This document shows, one piece after another, positions 25,073-38,385 of a stretch of 64,000 bases of DNA. Within the stretch, counting starts at the first letter, position 1. Each line of letters begins with the position of its first letter. The position numbers and the translations under genes are program-made. The DNA is from Felis catus (taxonomy: Eukaryota), in assembly GCF_018350175.1 (NCBI RefSeq), contig NC_058383.1:7070001-7134000 (forward strand). The letters run 5' to 3'. A model generated the notes under the pieces. That model did not search any database. It was not told the DNA's origin and worked only from the letters and a program-made list of their open reading frames with translations.

Positions 25073-25299
25073 ATTTTATTTTATTAATTATTTATTTATT
25101 TATTTTTTTAGAGAGAGAGAGAGTGCATGCAAGCAGGGGAGAGGGACAGAGGAGAAGTGAGAGAGAGAGAGGAGATCTTAAGGAGGCTCCACACTCAGTG
25201 TGGGGCGCAACAGAGGGCTCGATCCCACAACCCTGAGCTCAAGACCTGAACCAAAATCAAGAGTTGGATACTCAACCAACTGAACCATCCAAGCGCCCC
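25073..25299 (-). mobile_element. CanSINE
   Basis: Reverse-strand SINE ending ...accatccaagcgcccc. Confidence 0.85.
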
Positions 25300-25747
25300 T
25301 AAAATCTTTTATTTTTTAATAGAAGTATAGCTCTAAAGCGATCCAAAAGCTGAAATGAAATAAAACTTAATATTTTATTAACTCAAAAGAAGACAGGAAG
25401 AGAGTATTAGATTAAAAGCAGAAAGGCAAAATTTAAAACAAGTTCATAAATTTAAACTCAACTATATCAATAATTTCATTAAATATAAATGGACTAAACA
25501 GTTCAACTAAAAGCAATTCTAAAAGAGATTCTTACAATGGGCAAAGAAGAAAGACCTGAAAGTGTATGTCATGCTAAATGAGAAACCAAAAATGGGATGA
25601 CATGTCAATAAGCATTCCACACATCTACACTATGACACTGATAATGGTAAAACTAAGGAAAGACAAACTGTAACCTTCAATTTTTTTCAGAGAACTCTGA
25701 TCCCTTTGACTCTGGAAATCTTTTCCATTTAAGAGTTATCTATCTTT

Positions 25748-25934
25748 GGAGTGCCTAGGTGGCTCAGTTGGTTAAGTGTCTGACTCTTGATTTTGGCTCA
25801 GGTCATGATCTCACGGTTCATGAGATCAAGCCCTACATCAGGCTCTGCACTGACAGTGTGGACCCTGCTCGGGATTCTCCGTCTCCCTCTTTCTGCCCCT
25901 CTCCCCCTCAAAATAAACTCAAAAAAAAAAAAAA
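25748..25934 (+). mobile_element. CanSINE
   Basis: SINE head and tail. TSD-like gagttatctatctt / gaattatctatctt. Confidence 0.9.
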
Positions 25935-26607
25935 GGAATTATCTATCTTCTGCATTCTTTCTTTTAACCCTGAAAATAGGCCAGATCATTGAAGAATAGA
26001 AGGCTAAAGTGTCAACATCTAGATTCTGGAGCTGTGATTTTCTCTTTCCTGAGTCTCTTTGGCTGCAGGAATGTAGTCTATAAGTTATAAGTCATTTTTC
26101 CAAAATCTCTTGAGTCTTCAGTTACTTGGCTTTATTCATTGTGTCTCCTTTCCACCTTTTTGTGTTGTTGTTGTCAGTTCATACCCCCTTACACTTTCAA
26201 TATACCAGAAGATGTTTAAAGCAAGTAAGTGTTTAAAACATTAAAAGTAACAATGTATTGGGTTTTTATTGCATCCCAAAAAAGTGAAATGTATGATAAC
26301 AATAGAACAAGGACTGGAAAACAATTTCTACTATTATAAAGTCTCTTTCTACACATTAAGTGACACGTTACTTGAAGGTAGATTCAGATTTTGTCAAAAT
26401 GTATACTGTAAATCCCATGGCAATGACTAAAAAGGTTTTTAAAAGAAGTATCAATAATAAGTAGAGGAGATAAAATGAATTTTATTTTTTAAATATACAA
26501 TAAAACTAGAGAAAGCAGAAAAAGGAAAAAAACTTAGAAAAAATTAAACTAATAAAAGAACTAGCAAAATAATATATTTTCATCCAACTATATCAAACAA
26601 TAACTTT

Positions 26608-27026
26608 TTCTGTTGCAGTTTTATACGTTTATTTGACAATCAGTGGTTAGTTCTCATCCACATCTATTACCTGTAGATTTTTGAAAGTGATGATGTGTAC
26701 ATATGTAACCAATGTGTGAAGTCTGTTTGATGAAATCTTCATCCTTGCTGTTTTTTGGACAACCACACATGGACATGGTATGAAACATTCCTTATTCCTT
26801 TGGCCCACATTGGTATCAATGTGCACATCTGAAGTTCACATCTCCTTCATGGCAAATTTCCAAATTTCTTTGAGTGCCCAAAGGGCACACTTCTTGAAAT
26901 CCACTCCATGGATACTTGTGAATATTGATGGTGTATTCTCTTGTCACTACCTTGATGATAGAAGAATAGCCCTTCCTCTCACCACTCTTCTCTGTGGGAG
27001 CTATTCTGCTGGGCCATGTTGGAAAG
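26608..27026 (-). pseudogene. RPL31: Processed pseudogene of ribosomal protein L31
   Basis: Intronless, with degraded VVTREYTINIH, KKCALWALKEIWKFAMKEM, AKGIRNV and TLVTYV...FKNLQVIDVDEN*. Start codon mutated to ATA (27002-27004), stop at 26647-26649, AATAAA at 26628-26633, pyrimidine 5'UTR ctttccaac. 13-bp TSD AAACAATAACTTT at 26595-26607 and 27027-27039. Confidence 0.95.
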
Positions 27027-27090
27027 AAACAATAACTTTAAAGGTGAATAGTTTAAGAATAACAGTTAAGAATGGAAAGACTAGATGATT

Positions 27091-27119
<29 letters not shown>

Positions 27120-27121
<2 letters not shown>

Positions 27122-27628
27122 GTATTCCAGAAAAACAGAACCAATAAGATGGATGGATCACTGGCCATTGGCTCACGTCACCATGGAGGACAAGAAGTCC
27201 CACAATCTACTGTCTGCAAGCTGGAAACTCAGGGAAGCTGGTGCTGTAATTCAATCCAAGTCCAAAGACCTGAAAACTAGGAGAACTAATGGTGTAAGTT
27301 CCAGTTGGGGTCCAGAGGCTCAAGAATCGGGGATCAATGGTATAAGTCCCAGCCCACATCTGAAGGCCCAAGAATCAGAAGCGCCAATGTCCCCGGGGCA
27401 GATGGACGTCCCAGCTCATGCAGAGGAGAAACTTGCCTTTCTGTTCTATCCAGCTCTCCATTGATTGGACAATGTCTACCCACTTTGGTGAAAATGATCT
27501 TTTTTTCACTCAATGTATCAGTTCAAATGTTAATCTCTCCTGGAAATACCTTCACAGACACACCCAGAAATAATGTTTTACCAGCTATCTAGGCACCCTT
27601 TAGTCGAGCTGACACAATTAACCATACA
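27120..27628 (-). mobile_element. MLT2-type ERV-L solo LTR
   Basis: ccagaaaaacagaaccaataag...aagtcccacaatctactgtctgcaagctgg...cacccagaaataatgttttaccagctatct...gacacaattaaccataca. Confidence 0.85.
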
Positions 27629-28601
27629 GAGGTCTCACAAGAAGCCTATTTTAATATTATGATATATTATGACAGACTTGCAGTTTCAGCTCCTACATGT
27701 AAAGAATTGGGAAGTCCTAACTCACATCCTTACAAGAAAAAGATGAGAAAACTGAAAAGTAATGGCTTTTCCTGCACTTATCAGAGAATTTAGGTTGCAT
27801 GGCAAACTGCCACCCCAAAATCTGGATAGACAAGCAAATCCACAGAGGCAAAGCTAAGATCTCCTTACCTGAAGCAAAATCCAACAGAGCTATAAACTTA
27901 TAGGAATAAATAATGGTTTCGATGAAGATTGAGTGTGAGGTTGAGTGTGGGCTAGCTTAAGGGTGAGAAACTTCTTGGAGCTGCAGGGTTGGGCAGGGGG
28001 CTGGAGAACATATATTCATGGGTTTAACTCCAGGAACTCCACCAAATTCTCAGAATGAAAAGTTGAGAAAGATCTCCTCCTACCAGAGTCAGGAGGGGGG
28101 AGGAACAGAAATCACTGAAAAATGTGCCTAGAATGCTCTACGTAACAAAATCCCACTCTCCAGGGGAAAAGATCTTACCAGAGCCTTATCCACTGTCACA
28201 CAGTGTAGACATTGGTGCTTAGAACACCAATGCATATACCCACCAACTTTGAGGGCGAGGCAGTGCAAGTCTAGGTTGAAATCTGAGAGAGTCAAGACCA
28301 TCTGGAGAAAGTGTAGGATAGTTATTGCCAAACCATCTTCTGGAAAGTCTCTGAATTAGTCCCTCAGTTAGTTTCTGTGGTGAAATAAGCTTGAGAAATC
28401 CTGTGTAATAAATACCTCTTCCAATATGTCATAACATGTTAACATAGTAAAGACTCAGAAAAATCCCTAAGTAACACTGAAAACTATTACAGTCCTGTTT
28501 GTATATCAGAAGCATCATGAGTTTACTTCATTTTTAGTAAATATGATACCTGTGTCCCAGCTCATACCTGAGGGGAGCCAATATCAAGACTCACAAAAGA
28601 G

Positions 28602-28602
<1 letters not shown>

Positions 28603-28674
<72 letters not shown>

Positions 28675-28755
28675 TATATACACGTGTGTGTATATATATG
28701 TATAGGTGTATGTATATATGTGTATATATATGTGTGTGTGTATATATATATGTGG

Positions 28756-28801
<46 letters not shown>
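28603..28801. repeat. Compound (A)n-(TA)n-(TG/TA)n microsatellite
   Basis: Visible directly in the sequence. Confidence 0.95.
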
Positions 28802-28804
<3 letters not shown>

Positions 28805-28860
28805 GTGGAGTAAGAGAAGAATATTTTTCTCTGTAAAAGATGCAAGTTCTTTAATAATAG

Positions 28861-29321
28861 CGAAGGAAACCAGAATGTGTCAGCCCAAAATATGCCTCTT
28901 TAGCATAAAAATTATTTTGAGCTGAAGGCAATTAAGAGCAGCAAACCCAGAAAAAGCTCCCCTTTTTCTGCCTGCAGACAAGATATACATTCTCCTTTTG
29001 CTGGAGACAACACCAAAGAGGAATCTGCAAACATTTCCTCCATTAGTTTCCTCACATGCATTTACCTTCCCACAGACTGCCGCACCTGGAAGGCTAAGAC
29101 GTTCCTCCTGCGTCCTCCACAAATGTATCGTTCTTTATTAAAGGTACTACGTAAACCAGAATTCTAAGCCTCCACTTTGAGTTGCTCTTCACTTTAGGTT
29201 TCTCCTGCACGGTGTGTGCTGCGTGTGTTAGTAAACTGTTTTTCTCTTGTTAATCTGATTTCTTGTCAGAGGCCCAGCCAAAAACTTAAGACAGGTAGAG
29301 GTAAAGTTTGCCTCCCCTACG
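28861..29321 (+). mobile_element. ERV1-class solo LTR (MER34-like)
   Basis: gaaggaaaccagaat...cccaaaatatgcctctt...tattttgagctgaaggcaatt...tttctcttgttaatctg...cctcccctac. Confidence 0.7.
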
Positions 29322-29595
29322 GTAGTATGACAGGGCTCATGAAGCCTTGAAAGAGGAGGAAATGGTCTGGAATCACTGCCACCAAAAATGTAAAAGGAAG
29401 TCAAGGGATGAAAAAATAAAGTTTGTTCACCAAGGAGTTCAAATAGCCCACTTGAAGTCAGAGAGCAAGACTTTGTAGCAGAACCAGTCAACCTGGCTCA
29501 ACAGCCCAGGAGGAGGATGGAGGAAAGGTAGTAATGAGTTTCCCAAGGACTGGAAACGAACAAGGCAGACACTGGGGGAAGTCCTGATGGGCAAG

Positions 29596-30004
29596 TGTAT
29601 TTGCTTCCTAGGGCTCTGTGACAAGCCACAAACCAGCGGCTTAAAATAACAAAAGTTAATCATCTCACAGTTCTGGAGGCTAGAAGTCCCAAATCAAGGT
29701 GTTGGCAGGAGCATGTTCCTCCGGAAGCTTCTAGGGAAGGGTTCTTCCTTGCCTTTTCCAGGTTCTAGCAGCCTTCAGCTGGCTTGTGGCAGCATGACAC
29801 CAATCCCTCCCACAGTCATTTTCCCTGTGTCTTCACACGGCACCTCCGTGCGCACCACAGATTATTATTACTATTATTATTAGGGTGCCAGTTACATTGG
29901 CTTAGGGCCCACCCTAATGACCGCATCTTAATTTCCAAATAAGGTCATATTCACAGGTAGGACTTCAACCTATCTTTTTAGAGGACCCAATGCAACTCCT
30001 AACA
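29596..30004 (-). mobile_element. MLT1 (MaLR) LTR
   Basis: tgtatttgcttcctagggct...tctcacagttctggaggctagaagtcccaaatcaaggtgttggcagg...tttccaaataaggtcatattc. Confidence 0.85.
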
Positions 30005-31160
30005 GCAAGTACTTTAGAAAGTTAAGGAGAATTCAGCAGAAATCACTGAATGAGGGGGTTGCTCAGGCTGAAGAGAAAGACAAACCAGGATGGGCAGAGA
30101 CATAGGAGGGGAGGAGGGGTTAGGGAGGGTGCTATTAAATCACTGCCAGAAAGTCTACAGAAATCTGGGAGGAAACACATTAAAATGTTAGAAGTGGTGA
30201 AATTACCAATAACTTTCAGCTTATTTTGTATGTTCCGAATTTTCTACCATAAGTGGACAACTTTTACAGAGAGAAACAATCATTATTTTTAAAATAACTA
30301 CCCAGTTCCTGTCACAATCCTGAGAGCTTATACTCTAGAAAACAAAGATAAAATGAGGGAAAACACATATAAATGGATAAAAATGTGTAACAAAATAAAA
30401 ACCCAACACGAAGATGTTGCTGACATGCAATCTGCCTTCAATAGATGCTCACAAAGAGCATTACAAAAACCAGACGCTTACAAAGACCAGAAAAGGGCAC
30501 AGGCTTTTACCTCAGACTGATCTGGATTTAATCCCAGCATTCCCATTTGCCAGCCAAACAATACCGAGTGAGTTACCCCAAAGGTCTGTTTTCTTACTTG
30601 TAAAAAGAGGATTTTAATTTCTATCTCACACCAAGCTTCTGCAGGAGTCGTACAAGAGCATTAATGAAGAGGCCAGAAGTGCAGTGTGAATACTTGGCAA
30701 GTGCCTCCCAATGTTTTAGATGTGACGTGAATACCTTGCATACACAACAGTAAGAATTTGACAGATGGAAACATAATCAACACTTGAGGGCGTAGGCATG
30801 GTCGGGTGAAAAAGAGTCATAGCCTGGGCAGAGTAAGGGAAGATTCCCTCAACTTTCTGATCGGGAGGTATCAGTACTTACTGGAGAGTAGAGGAATTAT
30901 GTGACTGAGCAGAAACAGTCTACAAATCTGTCAAGTTTCAGGAAAAGAGACCATCCTATACAAAAATGCAACCTGAATTGCCTTGTACACTGAGGGAGCA
31001 GTAACCTCCTCTGACAAGAAATTGGGGATTAAGGAAATTCCAACAGTTCAACAATGCTAGCAAAGCCCACGTTCCCTCTTCCTTTCCACTGTCACTGTGC
31101 TCTCCTCAGTTCCAAGACAGCTACTAACGTCAGAAGAGGGGCTGTGTCTCCTTAAACACC

Positions 31161-31379
31161 TTTTTTTTTTTTTTTCAACGTTTACTTATTTTTTGGGACA
31201 GAGAGAGACAGAGCATGAACGGGGGAGGGGCAGAGAGAGAGGGAGACACAGAATCGGAAACAGGCTCCAGGCTCTGAGCCATCAGCCCAGAGCCTGACGC
31301 GGGGCTCGAACTCACGGACCGCGAGATCGTGACCTGGCTGAAGTCGGACGCTTAACCGACTGCGCCACCCAGGCGCCCC
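31161..31379 (-). mobile_element. Very young SINEC_Fc-type SINE downstream of the TRIM4 stop
   Basis: CpGs retained throughout. TSD-like aacacct at both ends. Confidence 0.95.
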
Positions 31380-31767
31380 AACACCTCTTTTTTAAAGCTA
31401 CATGATCTTTCCCCAGAAGCATCTTGGAACATTTCTCATCCCAGCTCATTGGCCAGAATTGCCTCGCATTGGGGAGAGCTGCCTCTCCTGAAGCACAGGG
31501 AGGGTGCACACCAAACAGCTCAATGAGGAAGAACCAGAAGAGGAGGTGGGACATGGGGCGAGTGGGTGCTGGAAAGGCCACCAACAGGCTCCACCATACT
31601 TTCTGTGCACAGCACACACAGGGAGCTGAACAAGACATCAAATTAGAATCTGAATGGACAGTACTGATGCGCTACCTGGACCAGTATGTACAGAGTGAAA
31701 GAAGAGGGCCAAGGGATGCATGTCCCCAGGCTAGGGTACAGGCAAAGATTCCTGGGCAGGGGAAGAC

Positions 31768-32354
31768 TCATTTCCCACCAGTCACTGCTGGGATGACTAA
31801 AGATGCTAACGGACTCAACCAAAAAAATGGCCGGAGGCAGGAGATGTGAGGACAAGAGAAAGTGTGTAGATGAGCTCCATCCACAGCGCTGTAGAAGGAG
31901 ATGTCCCCAGCCTCGTGATCTAGGAAAACTCCCACCCGGTGAAGAGCAGGCTCTTGCTTGGTAGGACTTACAGAAAAGCTTATTAGGGGCCGGTAGCCAG
32001 CAGAACTCCAACAAATAGCCCAGATTCCCACATGGGGGGACATTTTTGAACTATCAACAATCCCCATGATGTCCTCCCGACATACCCCCACGGCAATCTC
32101 CAGGCTATCTCGGCTCTCAACTTCCCAGTAATGTTTCCCTGAAGTGAAAACGTTTTTTCCCAAAACACAGGGTAAGTGCTGAAATCTTTCCACAGACTGT
32201 GTGGTCTTCGGAGGGGTCCTCCATCCACTAACATAGCCCCACGCTGAGGAAAACAATGGCCAAGAACTGGCTGATGCTCCATTTTTCACATATCTCCCTT
32301 CCTGGGAGAAGACAAGTTTGGGATGGGCCGTGTCTTCAGCTAGATTTACAGCCA
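31768..32354 (-). CDS. TRIM4: TRIM4 coding exon 6 (PRY-SPRY/B30.2) to stop
   Basis: ctctgcag|(V)AVNLAEDTAHPKLVFS...ERFQHLPCVLGKNVFTSGKHYWEVE...RVGVFLDHEAGDISFYS...LRPFF. The six exons sum to 1428 bp, i.e. 475 aa plus stop, in one open frame. Confidence 0.96.
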
Positions 32355-33139
32355 CTGCAGAGAAAATGAGGGCAGAGATTTATAATGCGACAACTTACCA
32401 CCAAACCTCCAGAAATGCCCCTCTTTTCCAGCTTCACCCCATCCTTCTCCTAACAAGAACTGTTAGGGATGAGATACCCCACTGCCTCTCAACTGATCCT
32501 CAGCTGGGTGTAGCCTTAAGCAAAGTGAAATCTTCGTTTCCCTTCTGCTCTAAAAGATTAAGACCTAAAAACAGGGGGCTCATTATTTCATGGCCCCAAG
32601 TCTTCACAATCAGCATAAAGTTGGGAAAACACTAACAATTCTGACTTGTTGAATCAGGACCAGACCAAGATGGCTGACAGGCTGGTTCTTTGCCCTGGGA
32701 CACAGAAAAGTCATCGTTAGCAAGTTTACTCTTTCCTGGTTCCAGCTGTTCACTGGGAAGCTTCAGAGGCCCCTAACAGATTACTCAAAATGGAACTCAC
32801 TATTCTGTGCCTTTCCATCCTCTTGAGACGAATACCCCTTCGCATGCAGACATCTTGTCTTCTGTGTTCACCCAGACAACTCACACTTTGAAATCTTGAG
32901 GTTATCTGACTCCTCTCTCCCTCTGACCTTTGATGGCTTATTAGTCACCAAGTCCTATCAAATCCACCTTTGGAAATACCACCCAGGTTCCTTTCCTCCT
33001 CTCTGTCTTCACTGCCACTGTCTTCACTCAGACTTTCAGCACCTCCCACTTTAACGGTGTCTCTAACTTCCTCCCTGACCTCCCTGCCTCCCAGTTCTCT
33101 TCCTTCCCAGACTCTCCATGTCTCTCTAGTTTCTCAAGA

Positions 33140-35040
33140 GGATTTTTTTAATCAGAAATGGATGTTAGGTTTTGACAAATGTTTTTTCTACATCTACTGA
33201 GGTGATCATATAGTTTTCCCTTTTTCAGTTTTCTAATGTGGTGAATTACACTGATTTTTCAAATGTTAAACCAACTCTGCTTTTCTAGAATAAAACCCAT
33301 TTGGTTGTGATGCATTATCTTTCAATATGTCGTTAGGTTCGATTTGCTAAAATTTTCTTTAGAATTCTTCTGTCTGTGTTCATAAGGGACGTTGATCTAT
33401 AGACCTTTTCTCTCATAATGTCTTTGTCTGATTTTGGTATCATGATAACACAGGCCTCGTAGAATTATTTTTGAGAGAGAGAGACACACAGGGAGACACA
33501 CAATCTGAAGCAGACTCCACACTCTGAGCTGTCAGCACAGAGCCCGACACGGGGCCCGAACTCACAAACCGTGAGATTATGACCTAAGCAGAAGTTGGAC
33601 ACTTAACGGACTGAGCCTCCCAGGTGCCTCTGGAGATTTCTTTCTTAAATGTTTGGCGAATTCAGGGAAATATGATGTCATCTTTATTTCCATTGTAAGT
33701 AACGTCCTTTTTCTCTTCTTGCTTTGGAAATTTTCTCTTAACACTGGTTTTGGTGTAGTTTCCATCCTATTTCTTATTCTTTAGGGCTTGCTGAGCTTAT
33801 GTGATCTGTGGACTTAGGGTCTCCATCAAATTTGGAAAATTTTTGGCCATTATTTCTTCAGAGATTTTTTCCTATCTCATCCCCATCCTGTTCATCTATT
33901 CAGGGACCCCAATTACCACATGTAAGGCTGCATGATATTGTCCCCCAGCTCACCAATGCTTTTTTCATTTTGTAAGGTTTTTTTCCTGAGCATTTCATTT
34001 TGTAGTTTCCACTGCTTCATCTTCAAGTTCACTCACCTATTTCTCTGTAATATCTAATCACGTATTAATCTCAACCAGTGTATTCTTTGTCTCAGTCACT
34101 GTGGTTTTATCTCCAGAGGTTTGATCTGGGATTTTTTAGATCTTCCACGTCTCCAAATGCCTCTTTACAGGATAGTTATAATAACTGTATTATAAAGTCC
34201 TTCGGAGCTTATTTTAATATCTGGATCAATCCTGGTCAGTCTCAATCGATTATTCTTATTATGGGTCATGCCTTCCTAACTTTTTGCATACCCGGTAATC
34301 TTTGATTGGATGCCAGGCATTGTGAACTTAGATTGTTAGGTACTCATTTTTAAAATTCTCATGGTTTGTCTCAGGATAAAGTTACTGGGAAATAATGTGA
34401 TCCTTTTGGGTCTTAAGCTCATGACTTTTAAGGTGGGCCCAAAGCAGTACTCAGTGTAGGATTAATTACTCTCTACTAATGAGGCAAGATTTTCCCAGGA
34501 ATTAGGAGTTTTCCAGTCTGGCTGGTAGGCACAGGCATTGTCTAGGCCCTGTGGGAGCACCAGGAACTGTTCCTTCTAATCATTTTGGAAACAGCCTTCC
34601 TCAGCCTAAGGTAGTTTTTCACAAGCATATGCTAAGCATTACTCTGCTGAATACTCAGGGGGCACCTCCATAGATCATCAGGGTTCTCTCTATAGACGGC
34701 CCTCTCCTCACCAATACTCTGCCCAGTACTCTGCAAGTTCTCACTGCTTTGTTCTCCCTGGACTCAGCCCCATTCCTCAGCCTGGCTCCACCTCCACTAC
34801 CCCTCCCTGCAGTAGCCTGAAAGCTCTTTCAAGGCTAGAGGCTGGAGCCATCATAGAGCTCACCTCATTTGTTTCACATTTTTCAGGGGTCCTTGGCCTG
34901 CACTGCCTGATATCCAGGGTTGGGAAAACTGTTCTCTTCATGTACTGTATCTGTTTTCTTTTAGTTTTCTTAGTTAGCTAAGTTTTAGGCTGAGGAGTAA
35001 ATCCAGTCCCCATTACTTCATTTTAGCTGGAAGTAGACAC
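33140..35040 (-). mobile_element. Old L1M fragments (TRIM4 intron 5) with a SINE at 33467-33630
   Basis: gatcatatagttttcc...gtgaattacactgatt..., catcaaatttggaaaatttttggccattatttcttca, ending ...ttttagctggaagtaga. Confidence 0.75.
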
Positions 35041-35695
35041 CTACCACATGGAGATGTGCACATGAGAACCAGCTATGTAGTTCTGACAACCCCTGTGTGC
35101 CTTGGTGCTTCCCTGGAGATCCAGTAAGTTTATCTTCAGACTTTCCTATGCTCATCTTCTCAACCTCAGCTCCTGCCTTTTCCCACAATGCACCTGATGG
35201 TTTAGTCACATTGGATACCCTCCCCTCCATTTCCTCCACACCTTGGCTCACACTGCTCCCTCTGGTTACATGAATATGCCTCCATTTTCTACTTGGCAAA
35301 CTCCTACTCACGCCTCAAACCCCAGATCAATGTCACCTGTGTGTGAAACCCCCCCACTTCACCCCCAACAGAGCTCTTTCTCTGTACTTCCATAATATTT
35401 TATTCATACCACCATAAACAGTAGATCCCACTATGTTACAGTAAGTGATATGGGTCTGCCTCTCCAGTTTGCTTAAATTCTTAGGCCTTTTTCTTTCTGT
35501 ATCACTGGCACCTTATAACCCACAGTATATGTTAAGTAAATGCTTCTTGAATGAAGCACATATCCATGTATTCCTAAGTAGTTTTTACCACTTTTCATGC
35601 TAGCTGTATGCCCTGTTTCCTCTTTCCTTTCCAGGCTTTTCTCATTGCTTATTCTCTTATTTTAAAGATTTCTAGGGAGCTCCAACCTTGCTCAC

Positions 35696-35793
35696 CTTGG
35701 AATCGCTTCAGCATTTCCTTCATCATGGGTATCTTGCACACAGTCTTCACTGTTAGAACTTCAGGGGAATAGTTCACATCCTGGTTCTCACTC
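35696..35793 (-). CDS. TRIM4: TRIM4 coding exon 5, 98 bp
   Basis: tttcttag|G SENQDVNYSPEVLTVKTVCKIPMMKEMLKRFQ G|gtgagc. Phases 2/1 fit the neighbouring exons. Confidence 0.93.
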
Positions 35794-36056
35794 CTAAGAA
35801 AAGTACAGAGGGTTGCTCTTCTTAAAGGGGACAACTCAGGCAGCCAAGACCCCCAACTCCTGCGGAAGGTTCCAAGCCCAAAGCTCACACCACCACTCTC
35901 CCATTCCCCCTTGCAAAAGTCAACAGTAAAATCCCTCCTCCATGGACTCCCAGGGTGTGCCCAGACTGTTCTATGGAGCCCAGGCCTGTTTCCCCTCTCC
36001 TCAGCGTGTATCTTTACCATTCCACTCAGGCCCCATAAGAAAGCAGCCGCTCATAC

Positions 36057-36079
36057 CTGGTCAACACATCTTTTGGATT
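36057..36079 (-). CDS. TRIM4: TRIM4 coding exon 4 (23-bp micro-exon)
   Basis: tttcttctcttcacag|AATCCAAAAGATGTGTTGACCAG|gtatga encodes NPKDVLT(R). Typical 23-bp TRIM exon that keeps the frame between exons 3 and 5. Confidence 0.92.
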
Positions 36080-36369
36080 CTGTGAAGAGAAGAAAAACAT
36101 AAGTAAGTTATGCCCCTTCCTCCTGAGATCTGGTACTCAACTTCGGGAGCAGGTATTTTTCTGTCAACCGCTTTTGTCAATGTCATGTATGCTCTCATGC
36201 TGCCAAAGCCAATGGACTGATACATGGAGTCTTTTTCCTCATGTGACCTCTCTGCACCATCTGACAATGTTAACCAATCCCTGAAACCCTATTCTTTCTC
36301 CTTTGCCACCATGACACTAACTCTCTCCTGGCTTTTTGCCTACTTCTCCATCTATTCTCTTTCAGACAC

Positions 36370-38050
36370 AGACAGTAACAAGTGTTGCTTGAGGATGTGG
36401 TAGGAACATAAAATGGTTCAGCCACTTTGGAAAACAGTTTGGCAATTTCTAAAGAATTAAATATAAATATATGACACAGCCCAACAATTCTGCTCCTACT
36501 GTCTACCCAAGAGAAATGAAAATGTATGTCCACACAAAGAATGTCAGGCAAATGTTCACGGCAGCATCATTCCTAATAGCCAAAAGGTGGAAACAACCCA
36601 AATGTCCATCAACTGAAAAGAGAAACAAAACGTGGTCTAGTCTACGATGAAATACTATTCAGGGATAAAAGAAAAAAAAGGAATATAAATACAATACTGA
36701 TATATGCTATAACACGAATGAACCTCAAAGACATTATAAATGAAAGATTCCATACACAAAAGACCACATTATTATATGACTCTGTTTATATGGTATATTT
36801 CAAAAAGGGAAATCTATAGAGTCAGAAAGTAAGTTGTCTAGGGGCTGGAAGCAGGAACAGAGATTAACTATAAATAAGCACAAAGTGATCTTACTGGGGT
36901 GATGGAAATGCTCTAAAACTGGACTTTGGTAAGGTTTCCACAACTAGGGAAAATTATAAAAATCACTTATTTAATGATAAAAAGTACACTTTTAAGTGTA
37001 TGGGTATATGTATGGGTGAATTATAAGATATGTACATTACACCTCAAGAAAGCTTTAAAAAAAAACAACAAGTGTATCAAAATGGTTAATTACCACATGA
37101 AAAAGTGCTCAACCACATTAGTCATTTGCAAAATTCATCTACCCTTTGGAAGGAGGAAAGGGGTGCTGACTGAGGGCCTGAGCTAACATTCTATACCATT
37201 CAGCTAAAAGTAAAGAGCTGACAATTCTAAGCACTGATGATCACACAGAGCCACTGATCTCTCTCACACTGCAAGTAACAGTGTAAACTGATACAATCAC
37301 TTTGGAAAACAGTTTGGAATCATCCGTTTGGAACCAACAGGTGCCCTGTGACTCGGAATTGCTTTCACAGGTACATAACTGACAGAAATGTGGACACATG
37401 TACACCAAAAAAGACATGTTCATAACTGCTTTTTTGTAACAATAAAAACTAGAAACAACCCAAATTTTGCTAACAGTAGAGTGAATGGTATTTTTGGTAT
37501 ATTAGTACCATTGAATACTACAGAACAGGGCCTTCAACCTGGCACTATTAACATTTGGGGCTGGAAAAGTTTTTGCTGGGAGCTGGGGGGGAGGTGTCTT
37601 CTGTGCATTATAGGATGTATAGCAGCATCCGTGGCCTCTACACGCCAGACGCCGGTAGTAGCCACCCTCACGTTGTGACAACCAAAAATGTCTCCAGCAC
37701 TGCCCCCTGGGGGAGCAAAATCCCTCCTGGTTGAGAAGTTGTACACAGTGATGGAAACAAATGTCTGCTGCCACCTACGACAGCCTGGGTGAACTTCACA
37801 ACATAATGTGGAGCAAAAGCAGCAAATGCTGAAAGAGTTGTACTCAGAAACAGAACAGTGTGAGAAGTCTGGAGGGAGAACACCCTCAGGGAGAAGGGAA
37901 GGGGTGTTGACTGGGGCACGCAGAGGGCGCCTGGCAAGCTATTCATGTTCTATTACGTGACTTGGCTGGTGGTTCCGTGGGTGGGTCACTTGGTGATAAT
38001 CTGTCAGGTTTATGATTTATGCATTTTTCTCTATGGATGTTATACTAAAA
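36370..38050 (+). mobile_element. Old L1 3' fragments with a MER20 insertion (37528-37737)
   Basis: cagccactttggaaaacagtttggcaatttc, tggaaacaacccaaatgtccatcaac. MER20: ggcactattaacatttgggg...tgtgacaaccaaaaatgtctccag...ctggttgagaa. Confidence 0.8.
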
Positions 38051-38160
38051 TGTTTTTAAACATGTTTATTTTGTTATGGCAGTAAAAATGATGTTGCCCG
38101 AATCCATGGACACAAATGATACTTAAAGGTGAAAGTATAGTTTAAAAACATTTACCAGCA

Positions 38161-38319
38161 GGGGCACCTGGGTGGCTCAACCGGTTAAGTGTTCAACTCT
38201 TGATTTCAACTCACAGCTCATGAGGAGATCAAGCCCTGCATCGGGCTCTGTACTGACAGCACGGAGCCTGCTCGGGATTCTCTTTCTCCCTCTCTCTCTG
38301 TCTCTCTGCCCCTCCCCTG

Positions 38320-38385
<66 letters not shown>

